Virus genome (UHGV): UHGV-1410950
Direction: 5' to 3' (one strand)
DNA from: a virus
Length of the DNA: 64,000 bases
Each line of letters starts with the position of its first letter. Position 1 is the stretch's first letter. The notes below the pieces were generated by a model, which worked only from the letters and a program-made list of their open reading frames with translations, was not told where the DNA came from and ran no database searches. Positions 53,204 through 61,140 of this stretch are shown here, piece by piece. A program made the position numbers and the translations under genes.

Positions 53204-54496
53204 ATGAGTAACCAACCTGTAAACCATACGCCGATTGTGCGCCAGCAGGATTCCGGCAATTTCAATATGACATCTGGCCCCGGTCTCCCGGCTGACCAGA
53301 TGAATAGCAGCGTCGTTTCCATTGAGCAACAGCGTGCCATCGCAGAAGCTCAGGGCCAGCTGGTACTGGCGAAGCGCTTCCCGCGTAACTTCGCTCAGGC
53401 CATGGAGGAGATCATGACCTCCTGCGCCTACATGGAGTTTGCGGAAGAAGCCTTTTACGCCCTTCCGCGTGGCGGTCAGACCGTGCGCGGCCCGTCCATT
53501 CGTCTGGCTGAGGAGATTGCCCGCTGTTACGGTAACTTCCAGTACGGGCACCGTGAGCTCGCGCGTAATGAAGGCGAGAGCGTGGTTGAGGTGTACGCGT
53601 GGGACGTGGAAAAAAATAACCGCAGCACCCGCCAGATCACGATCCCTCATATCATGGACACGCGCAGCGGTGGCAAGAAGCTGACCGGACAGAAAGAGAT
53701 CACCGACTACATTGCCAACGTGGCATCCAAGCAGATGCGTTCCCGTATTCTGGCCCTGCTGCCTAAGCCTCTGGTCGCCGCCGCCGTCAGACGTTGCGAG
53801 CAGACGCTGGCTGGCACAGGTGAGCAGACCATCCAGCAGCGTCTGGAGAAAATGCAGGGCATGTTCATCAAGTACGGCGTGACCGTGAAGATGCTAGAAA
53901 GCTATCTCAATCACCCCCTGAGCGAGACCACCACTGACGAGATCACCGACCTGATCGCGGTGTACACCGCTATTAAAGACGGTGGCAACGCCAAAGACTT
54001 CTTTACCGTATCCAGCGATCCGGTTGATGACGAGAGCAGCAAAAACGTCAAAGACATTATCGCCAAAAATAACGCCGCAGCTGCTGGCGCTAGCAATAAG
54101 CCTAACGTCAATACCCAGCCGACCGGGCAGCGACTGGTTAAGCCTGAGCCACAGCCTCAGGATAACGCACAGGCTGGCAATGACGCGCAGGCAGCAGCTC
54201 AGGAGACTAAGACTGCTACCAAAAGCGATAAGAAGAATGCAAGCGCTGGCACTGGCAAGAAAACAGCTGCAAACGCCAAAACCGAAGCCGCAGCAGCCCA
54301 GCAGCCTGAGGATAAAACTGGGGTAGATACTGCTGGCGCTACCGTTGATGGTCAGAGCGCTGGTGCTAATACGCCGCTGCCGGATTCTCACCCTGAGGAA
54401 CCGCTGCCGCCGCAGGAAGAAGACGCGCCAAACGTTGACCTGACGCCGCCGCCGATGGATATCCCACCGCCAGAAAGCGAAGACGATTATTTCTAA
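53204..54496 (+). CDS. putative ssDNA-binding/recombination protein (uncertain) with low-complexity tail ending EDDYF
   Basis: Globular N-terminal ~270 aa, then an A/Q/K/P-rich tail with an acidic aromatic C-terminal tip, reminiscent of the SSB C-terminus. Confidence 0.35.
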   Translation: MSNQPVNHTPIVRQQDSGNFNMTSGPGLPADQMNSSVVSIEQQRAIAEAQGQLVLAKRFPRNFAQAMEEIMTSCAYMEFAEEAFYALPRGGQTVRGPSIRLAEEIARCYGNFQYGHRELARNEGESVVEVYAWDVEKNNRSTRQITIPHIMDTRSGGKKLTGQKEITDYIANVASKQMRSRILALLPKPLVAAAVRRCEQTLAGTGEQTIQQRLEKMQGMFIKYGVTVKMLESYLNHPLSETTTDEITDLIAVYTAIKDGGNAKDFFTVSSDPVDDESSKNVKDIIAKNNAAAAGASNKPNVNTQPTGQRLVKPEPQPQDNAQAGNDAQAAAQETKTATKSDKKNASAGTGKKTAANAKTEAAAAQQPEDKTGVDTAGATVDGQSAGANTPLPDSHPEEPLPPQEEDAPNVDLTPPPMDIPPPESEDDYF

Positions 54497-54532
54497 CAAT
54501 CGGGCCTCCGGGCCCTTAACTGGAGCATTACC

Positions 54533-54808
54533 ATGCTGACTAAAGCACAAATCGTGGAACACATCGCCAAAGAGCAGAATATCACCAAGTCACAGGCTGA
54601 GCGCTTTTACAGCTGCTTCACCCAGCTGGTGACTGATACCCTGAAAGCTGGCGAAGAAGTAAAACTGAATGGCGTCGGCACGCTGAAAGTGGCTGCGCGT
54701 GCAGCTCGTACCGTGCGCAATCCGGCTACTGGTGCCCCTCTGGATATCCCGGAAACTCGTACCGTGAAGTTTTCTGTAACCAAAGACCTGAAAGACGCGC
54801 TGAATTAA
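54533..54808 (+). CDS. HU/IHF-family DNA-binding protein
   Basis: MLTKAQIVEHIA ... VKLNGVGTLKV ... RNPATGAPLDIPETRTVKF, the classic HU fold sequence. Confidence 0.9.
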   Translation: MLTKAQIVEHIAKEQNITKSQAERFYSCFTQLVTDTLKAGEEVKLNGVGTLKVAARAARTVRNPATGAPLDIPETRTVKFSVTKDLKDALN

Positions 54809-54842
54809 TCAGCACCCTATTACAAAAGGATTCCCTGATAAA

Positions 54843-54868
54843 AGGCCCGTTACAGGGCCTTTTCTTTC
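54843..54868 (+). terminator. rho-independent terminator after the HU-like gene
   Basis: aggcccg-ttac-agggcct followed by ttttcttt. Confidence 0.65.
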
Positions 54869-54879
54869 TGGAGGTATCA

Positions 54880-55245
54880 ATGCTCAGGAAAGATGTTGTG
54901 CAGGTGCTGGAAGGGCTGGCGAAGGATTTACCGCCCCCTCCGACGCCTGAGGAAGTCCGCAAGATCCGCGCCCGGCACGCTGGGCACATCAGCCCGGTAA
55001 CGGTCTGCGAATGTGGGTGGAGTGACTTTTTTCACCGCATGGGGTGCCGGAACCAGACGGACTTTCTTGATAATACCGGGCATCAAATTAAATGGCTGTT
55101 CCTCGCGCACGATGGCCCGTTAGAAGGCAGCGGCAGCAGGATTATTGAACACGGCGTCCATTTTTGTTTCACGGGAGATAACGATGCAATTCACCCAGAC
55201 TCAGGGGTCAGCGATCCAGCAGGTAGCGAAGTGGGCAAACAGTAA
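54880..55245 (+). CDS. hypothetical protein
   Basis: 121-aa ORF. Overlaps the start of the helicase gene by ~59 nt. Confidence 0.45.
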   Translation: MLRKDVVQVLEGLAKDLPPPPTPEEVRKIRARHAGHISPVTVCECGWSDFFHRMGCRNQTDFLDNTGHQIKWLFLAHDGPLEGSGSRIIEHGVHFCFTGDNDAIHPDSGVSDPAGSEVGKQ

Positions 55246-56296
55246 GGGCGGGCCTCAGGTCATGCGTCTGTTTGGCTACGCGGGAACCGGGAAAACGACC
55301 GTTGCCAAAGCTATCGCTGAGGAGGTCAAAGGCACCGTACTGTTTGGCGCGTTCACGGGGAAAGCCTCGCTGGTTATGCGTAAGAAGGGCTGCATTAACG
55401 CCAGTACGTTGCACAGCCTGATCTACAAACAGGATGAAGACGCGCTGCCGGGGCCGCATCCTAAGTTTATCCTTAACCCTGAAAGCTCCCTCAATTACTG
55501 CCGCCTGCTGATTGTCGATGAATGCTCAATGGTCGGCCCTGACCTCGGCGCTGACCTCCTCAGCTTTAACCGCAAAATTCTGGTGCTGGGCGATCCGGCA
55601 CAGCTCCAGCCAGTCAACGGCGAGGGCTATTTCTGCGCTCCCGGCGTCCGTCCTGACATTATGCTCACTGAGGTTCACCGCTCGGCGGCTGAATCGCCCA
55701 TCATCCGGCTGTCTATGGACTTGCGCGAGGGGCGTCGCCTACAGTACGGCACCTATGGTGACAGCTGCATCATTGAGCGCAAGCACCTCGGACAGCGCCG
55801 CGTGCTGGAATCTGACATCGTGCTTTGCGGCATGAATAAAACCCGCATCAACCTCAATGAGAAGATCAGGAAGCTGAAAGGGGTTGAGAGCCAATTCCCG
55901 GTGGCTGGCGATAAGCTGATTTGCCTCAAAAACGACAAAGAGCTCCAGATGTACAACGGCTCGATCTGGACGGCGAAGCACGCCGCAGAGCCAGACCGGA
56001 ACGGGCTGGTAATGCTCACAGTTGAGACCGAAGACGATCCGACCGTTGATTACCCGGTTGAGGTCATGGTACCGGAGAAATTCTTTCTGGGCCGCGAGAA
56101 AGAGCTCCACTGGACTGAGTTGCAGGGCATCCAGCAGATGTACTACGGCAACGCGATCACCTGCCATAAAGCGCAGGGCTCAGAGTGGGAGCATGTTGTG
56201 ATATTCGACGAGGGCGGGATCTTTAAACAGGATGCGTGGCGCTGGCGGTATACGGCGATTACACGCGCCAGCGAGCGGTTTACCTATATTATGTGA
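55187..56296 (+). CDS. Dda/RecD-like superfamily 1 (SF1) DNA helicase
   Basis: Start MQFTQTQG with GGAGATAAC RBS. Walker A GYAGTGKTT. VDECSMV. C-terminal HKAQGSEWEHVVIFD. Confidence 0.8.
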   Translation, partial: QFTQTQGSAIQQVAKWANSKGGPQVMRLFGYAGTGKTTVAKAIAEEVKGTVLFGAFTGKASLVMRKKGCINASTLHSLIYKQDEDALPGPHPKFILNPESSLNYCRLLIVDECSMVGPDLGADLLSFNRKILVLGDPAQLQPVNGEGYFCAPGVRPDIMLTEVHRSAAESPIIRLSMDLREGRRLQYGTYGDSCIIERKHLGQRRVLESDIVLCGMNKTRINLNEKIRKLKGVESQFPVAGDKLICLKNDKELQMYNGSIWTAKHAAEPDRNGLVMLTVETEDDPTVDYPVEVMVPEKFFLGREKELHWTELQGIQQMYYGNAITCHKAQGSEWEHVVIFDEGGIFKQDAWRWRYTAITRASERFTYIM

Positions 56297-56560
56297 TTAC
56301 ATGCCTTGGCTGGCTATCCAGTCAGCCTTATTCTTGTCCCGCGTGGCACAATCGCCGTACATGCCTAACAGGTCAGAATATGCCTTATACAGCGTCCCCA
56401 TGTTTTCTCCGGGGTCGAGGTCTACGGCAGGGCAGGTAACGCGCAGCGATTCGCTCATGTGTGGCTTGGCCTGATCAACGACAACCTGCGTCGCCGGGCG
56501 AGGCTTATCGCTACAACCAGCGATAAAAGTCAGGGCGGCCACCAGCATCAGTTTTTTCAT
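56297..56560 (-). CDS. o-spanin (outer-membrane lipoprotein of the lysis cassette)
   Basis: Lipobox LTFIAGC. Follows the i-spanin with a 4-nt overlap. Confidence 0.55.
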   Translation of the reverse strand: MKKLMLVAALTFIAGCSDKPRPATQVVVDQAKPHMSESLRVTCPAVDLDPGENMGTLYKAYSDLLGMYGDCATRDKNKADWIASQGM

Positions 56561-57018
56561 TTTGATGCCTCCGCAGGAACTACGCCGATGAATTGCGCGT
56601 TGATATCCCGTGTCTTATTGAGCAGGATCTCACGACCAGACGGGGGGAGTTTACAGTCGGTATAGACTGTCTTTTCGGTCTCTTTCTGAATGGTGTTGTT
56701 GTAGGTCTTGTTGACGATCTGGATGTTGTTCAGCGCGGTGAGGAAGTTTTTCTCCACGATCTGAGCACGATGCTCAGCATCAATGCGCCGGGCCTCCTTC
56801 TCCTGTAAGGCTACGTTCTGAGCATCAATCAGGGCCTGACGTTCCCCCGCCATACGTAGCGCTTCGGACTCCGTACCCGATTTAAACCCAAAATAAAGAC
56901 CGGAACCGCCAGCGCCCATCATTGCGATAAGGCAGGCGACTATTAGCCATGGGACGGCTTTTGTTCTAACGACTGCGGCACCCGCAATCTCTACCGTTTC
57001 TTTCAGTGGATTACTCAT
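56557..57018 (-). CDS. i-spanin (Rz-like)
   Basis: N-terminal transmembrane segment, then a coiled-coil periplasmic domain. Confidence 0.55.
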   Translation of the reverse strand: MSNPLKETVEIAGAAVVRTKAVPWLIVACLIAMMGAGGSGLYFGFKSGTESEALRMAGERQALIDAQNVALQEKEARRIDAEHRAQIVEKNFLTALNNIQIVNKTYNNTIQKETEKTVYTDCKLPPSGREILLNKTRDINAQFIGVVPAEASK

Positions 57019-57473
57019 TGGATTATCCTTAGGTTTACAGGTGGCAAAATAACCACCGTGTCACCGTTGATAATACCGTCACGGAAACTTACAGTGCTTC
57101 TGATTCTGTAGTCTCCCACAGGAAGATCAGGCATAACGAATGCGTAAGATTTCAGATGGCACCCACCATCAGTAAGGATATCTAAAGATGGTAGCGGGAA
57201 AACAGTGCCTTCAGGCGAGACCAGCGCCGGGGAGGCACTGAGTTTTAACTTGCCCTTTACGCAATACAGCCGCTCAATTCTGACCTCATCACCAGCCCTG
57301 AAATTCATGGATTTTTCGCCGTGAGCATCCAGCGGCTCAGTGCGCTTTACCGTGAACGTCGCTGTGTCAGTAAAGATGTAAAACCATCCCCCGGCAAGAA
57401 AAACAGCCAGGACGAATAGGTATGTAAGGGCTCCTACTAGCGCCCTCCTGTGCTTGCAATTTCTGGTCGTCAT
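57015..57473 (-). CDS. membrane-anchored protein in the lysis cassette
   Basis: N-terminal transmembrane segment LVGALTYLFVLAVFLAGGWFYIF. Confidence 0.45.
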   Translation of the reverse strand: MTTRNCKHRRALVGALTYLFVLAVFLAGGWFYIFTDTATFTVKRTEPLDAHGEKSMNFRAGDEVRIERLYCVKGKLKLSASPALVSPEGTVFPLPSLDILTDGGCHLKSYAFVMPDLPVGDYRIRSTVSFRDGIINGDTVVILPPVNLRIIQ

Positions 57474-57682
57474 TTAATGATCACTTTTGCCAGTACAGCC
57501 ATCATGACGGATGACAGGACAGCGGTTGCTAAACCGTAGGCGATCAGTTTTACAGGCGTAAATTCTTCACGGGTGATCTTTTCTTTGACCAGATTCTCCA
57601 GTGTCGATACCTTCTCCTGTAACCGAACCACGTTCATATTTAGCTCAGTAATTTTTTTGATGTCATCGGAGTCTAGTGCCAT
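57470..57682 (-). CDS. small C-terminally anchored membrane protein (lysis-associated)
   Basis: Coiled-coil N-terminus. C-terminal transmembrane segment LIAYGLATAVLSSVMMAVLAKVII. Confidence 0.45.
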   Translation of the reverse strand: MALDSDDIKKITELNMNVVRLQEKVSTLENLVKEKITREEFTPVKLIAYGLATAVLSSVMMAVLAKVIIK

Positions 57683-57688
57683 CGCTAA

Positions 57689-58399
57689 TCACTCAAAGTA
57701 TGGAATATATTTAGCACGGCGAACATGAATAATGTTCGATACGTACTCTCGGTTTATTCTGAAAAACGACTGACCATAGCCCTGCTTTGGGGTTTTGGAT
57801 TTCAGGCTGTACCGCTCGACGTGGTTCCACCAGCGGGACGAATCGCAGCCCCGCGTGTTGGCGCACAGACGGCGATCCTGTAGCACTCCACCCTCTCCAC
57901 CGTTGTAAGCACTCAACGTGAAGGCCAGCCGCTCATCAGCGTTAGCCGCTCCTTTCTGGCGGCTGAAAATGGCTTTATCCATTTCCACGATGGCTTTGAG
58001 TTGATAGTCGGCGTCATATCGGTTCTCCCAGCTCCAGCCCCTCAGGCTTTTGTGGGCCGCAGCCAGCTCGCTGATCTTGTCGAACCTGATAGAGCCATCT
58101 TTATTGTATGCGCGGGTGAACTGCCCCAGACCGATCCCGTTCTCCCGGCTTGTTTTGAGCTCAGCACGCGGATCCCAGCATCGTGAATGTTTCAGGGTGA
58201 TGCAGCTTTCCTGCTCAATCTGCCCCGCCAGAAACGATGGCATCGGGGCGTCGGGCCAGATGGTGCGCTGGGCCTGCACCAGATCCGGCAGATACTTTTC
58301 AGCCTTTGGCGGCACACTGGCGCGGGCATCCTCCAGTGAAACCACAAGGGCAATCACCAGCGCGAACCAGACAGCCGTTAACGCCCAGAGCCGTCTCAT
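57689..58399 (-). CDS. endolysin: signal-peptide/signal-anchor lytic transglycosylase
   Basis: Start MRRLWALTAVWFALVIALVVSLEDARA (ARA cleavage-site-like). EQES ... GIGLGQF transglycosylase motifs. TGATG coupling to the holin. Confidence 0.65.
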   Translation of the reverse strand: MRRLWALTAVWFALVIALVVSLEDARASVPPKAEKYLPDLVQAQRTIWPDAPMPSFLAGQIEQESCITLKHSRCWDPRAELKTSRENGIGLGQFTRAYNKDGSIRFDKISELAAAHKSLRGWSWENRYDADYQLKAIVEMDKAIFSRQKGAANADERLAFTLSAYNGGEGGVLQDRRLCANTRGCDSSRWWNHVERYSLKSKTPKQGYGQSFFRINREYVSNIIHVRRAKYIPYFE

Positions 58400-58716
58400 G
58401 CCTTGGCCCACGTCACAAGAGACAGGATGAGCAGCCCTACGAAAAGCAGTAGCCCGGCGACGACGATCCCAGCTGCCTTATTTCCCTCATGTGCTTCCCT
58501 GAGGAGCCTCGTCAGCTCGATCTGGGGGAACATCATTCGGGAAACGATGACAGCCAGCCCGGTGATAACAGGCGCGACAAGAAGCCACTGGACGACCGTA
58601 ATGGTCATGGCCTTGTCGATAAACCACAGGATGATAAAACAGGGGAGGATCATCAGTAATGCGGTCTTATCGACCAGCGCCCGCAGGCGTTTGACGATGG
58701 ATTGTAAAACAGTCAT
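58396..58716 (-). CDS. holin (three transmembrane segments)
   Basis: 106 aa with three hydrophobic helices, immediately upstream of the endolysin. Confidence 0.6.
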   Translation of the reverse strand: MTVLQSIVKRLRALVDKTALLMILPCFIILWFIDKAMTITVVQWLLVAPVITGLAVIVSRMMFPQIELTRLLREAHEGNKAAGIVVAGLLLFVGLLILSLVTWAKA

Positions 58717-58746
58717 AAAAAAGCCCTCATACGTTTGTATGAGGGC
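58716..58746 (-). terminator. terminator-like hairpin + U6 abutting the holin start codon
   Basis: gccctcat-acgtttgt-atgagggc with A6 on +. SD GAGGG is in the stem. Direct repeat TAAGACTG x2 just upstream. Confidence 0.5.
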
Positions 58747-58773
58747 AGTCTTACATCACGACTGGGAACAGTC

Positions 58774-61131
58774 TTATTTTTGCGCTGATTCCAGCTGTTT
58801 AACGCGGGCGCTCAATACCTTAATAGCTGCCAGCGCATCGAGCAGGAGCACGTTATTGTCGAGCGTTTTCGTGGTAACAGAATCCTTACCATCAGCAGTA
58901 ATAACGGTAACATCTTTCACATACTGAGGGTCAATCTTCTCCAGATCCTGAGCAATGAAACCACGTCGCAGTCTGCGATTTTCATCACGCTTAAAGATGA
59001 ATGTTACTGGATCCATGGCGTCGATATTAGCCAGCGCATCTTCACCAGAAACATAGGTCACATCATCTTTAATATTGCGGTCAGATACGATAGACATCGC
59101 ATAGGTAAATGCTTCTGTAGATCCGTTGTTCTGGACTCTGGCACCATCAAGCTGACCATTCATATTAAACTGAAAACGGGCAAAGTTACCGTTATCGCCC
59201 ATAATCTGAATTACGCCAAAACCAAAACTTTGCTGACCTTGCGCTCGAACATAATGACCAAATCCAATACGTTGAGGCCAGCCATCTGGTCTGGATCCTT
59301 GGTGTGCGATTAACAAATAAGCATTATCACCAGTACCAGCACTAGCAGGAAAATCAAAAGGTGCTGCCGAACCAGCCGCGCCCTGACTCCAGTTAATCCA
59401 TCCAGTAGGCGCATAAGGAGCCTGGAACCTTGTTGATTTCAGCGTCCCGTCAGCGGCGAAAATCGTATTGTTCCCGTTCGCCGTAATAGTCAGGTTGTTA
59501 GTCACCCCCATGTTGATGGTGACATTGCGACCTGTATCAATGATGCCGTTACTGCCGAACTGGTAATACGCGCCATCGCTGACGGTTCCCGGCACGGTAA
59601 GGTTTTCTACCGCAAGGACAGCAGAATGGCTTGTGCCATATTTAGCCTGTGAAAAAAGTTTCGTGCGATAACGGTCAAGACCACCGATCTGGTAAGCACT
59701 GATTACTTGACCACCATATACCAGCGTATTATTTGCAGGTGCAGCGGTATCACCATTGATCACATTGAAATTGGTATTCTGCGCAGAGAAGGTGCCACTG
59801 GCGCGGATGATCCAGATGCCGACCGCATGGTTAGGGTAGAGGTCGCCAATATTATCTGCGCCACCATTAACGGCGTTTCCACCGATTGACGTCTGATACT
59901 GAGCACCGCGACCAAATGTTTTGCTTTTCCTATTTAAGTCAATATCGTAGCCGTAGTTATTAGGAGCGTAACCAGCAACATTATCGACCGAACCTGATTT
60001 TAATTGGAATCTTGATTGATCCGGCCCTGTACCATTAACTACACCACCGGAACCAATCTGGAATTGCGAACCAGTTAAGCCAGACCAATACCCAGTTACA
60101 TTCGGAACGGATTGAGCCCAGACCTGCCCCACTGACGGCTCAGATGGTGAACCAGATGAACCAGAAAGGAACAGGTGCTTAATGGCATTCGCCGTCATCC
60201 CGTTAAGGTCTGGCACGCGGAACCAAGCGTCTGGGGTAGCGCTCGCCGGAGCCGTCCCTGCCGCTCCTCCTTGCGAATAACTTGAGCGCCATGCACATGG
60301 ACGTGCTGCATCACCGCTATTGATCCAGAGGGCTTCTGTCTGGCTGTTAAGCATTCCACTATCAACAGCCGCAGCGAGATCAGAGAATGTTAAGCGGCTT
60401 AATACTTGACCATCGGCAGGAACATAACCAGCAGGAATCTTTGCGCGTGTACCGTTGAACCACTCAACCGCGCCGATGAAGTTATTCATCACGCCATTCA
60501 TGGAGGCACCACCTGCGCCGCCAGAAGCAGCACGCAGCTGTTTCATGGTTACAGCGTCATAATCACCTGCACCATCGCCACCTAAGCGCAGCGGGCCGCT
60601 GAGCGCGGTTAATGAGGTGATATCGTTATTGATGCCAGACGCAGCCAGCCCGGTGATCGCCCCGGTCTTGCCGTTGACGCTGGTCACGTTGGTGCTGGTC
60701 AGCTCGCGCCAGTTGCTCAGTGTGCTTGGCGGCATCTGGGTGAGGATGAAGGTTTTACCCAGATCCTCACGGATAGCGATATCGCCGCGCTCACATTGCA
60801 GGCCCAGCATAGAAGCCTCATTGGGAACCGGGAAAGTGTCTACCACCGCGATGGACGGCATCAGTGAGCCGTCGATCTTCCCGTCCGGGCCAGTCTGCAC
60901 CACTGTAGATGGCAGGTTAGCTTTGTTCAGCTTGCCCTGCGCATCCAGCTTGGCGATGACATCAGACAGCATATCATCGGCAATTTTCCCGGTTGTCTGA
61001 TCACGCGTTACCACAAGCACGTCGAGCAGATTAAACGTGTCGCGCAGGCGCTCCACGTCATCTTGCAGGAAGTTGTCAGTGAACGGCAGTAAAAGCCCCA
61101 GACGGGGCGTTTTCTGGTCTACTAAAGCCAT
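58774..61131 (-). CDS. tail fiber with C-terminal intramolecular-chaperone (peptidase S74-like) domain
   Basis: C-terminal ...RRGFIAQDLEKIDPQYV... matches S74 chaperone motifs. Central Gly/Asn/Thr-rich beta-helix-like repeats. Confidence 0.7.
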   Translation of the reverse strand: MALVDQKTPRLGLLLPFTDNFLQDDVERLRDTFNLLDVLVVTRDQTTGKIADDMLSDVIAKLDAQGKLNKANLPSTVVQTGPDGKIDGSLMPSIAVVDTFPVPNEASMLGLQCERGDIAIREDLGKTFILTQMPPSTLSNWRELTSTNVTSVNGKTGAITGLAASGINNDITSLTALSGPLRLGGDGAGDYDAVTMKQLRAASGGAGGASMNGVMNNFIGAVEWFNGTRAKIPAGYVPADGQVLSRLTFSDLAAAVDSGMLNSQTEALWINSGDAARPCAWRSSYSQGGAAGTAPASATPDAWFRVPDLNGMTANAIKHLFLSGSSGSPSEPSVGQVWAQSVPNVTGYWSGLTGSQFQIGSGGVVNGTGPDQSRFQLKSGSVDNVAGYAPNNYGYDIDLNRKSKTFGRGAQYQTSIGGNAVNGGADNIGDLYPNHAVGIWIIRASGTFSAQNTNFNVINGDTAAPANNTLVYGGQVISAYQIGGLDRYRTKLFSQAKYGTSHSAVLAVENLTVPGTVSDGAYYQFGSNGIIDTGRNVTINMGVTNNLTITANGNNTIFAADGTLKSTRFQAPYAPTGWINWSQGAAGSAAPFDFPASAGTGDNAYLLIAHQGSRPDGWPQRIGFGHYVRAQGQQSFGFGVIQIMGDNGNFARFQFNMNGQLDGARVQNNGSTEAFTYAMSIVSDRNIKDDVTYVSGEDALANIDAMDPVTFIFKRDENRRLRRGFIAQDLEKIDPQYVKDVTVITADGKDSVTTKTLDNNVLLLDALAAIKVLSARVKQLESAQK

Positions 61132-61140
61132 TTCTTATCC

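Noticed and set aside
58774-61131. Diversity-generating retroelement targeting the tail fiber
   Set aside because: No reverse transcriptase gene and no template/variable repeat pair found. The C-terminus is an S74 chaperone, not a C-type lectin variable region.
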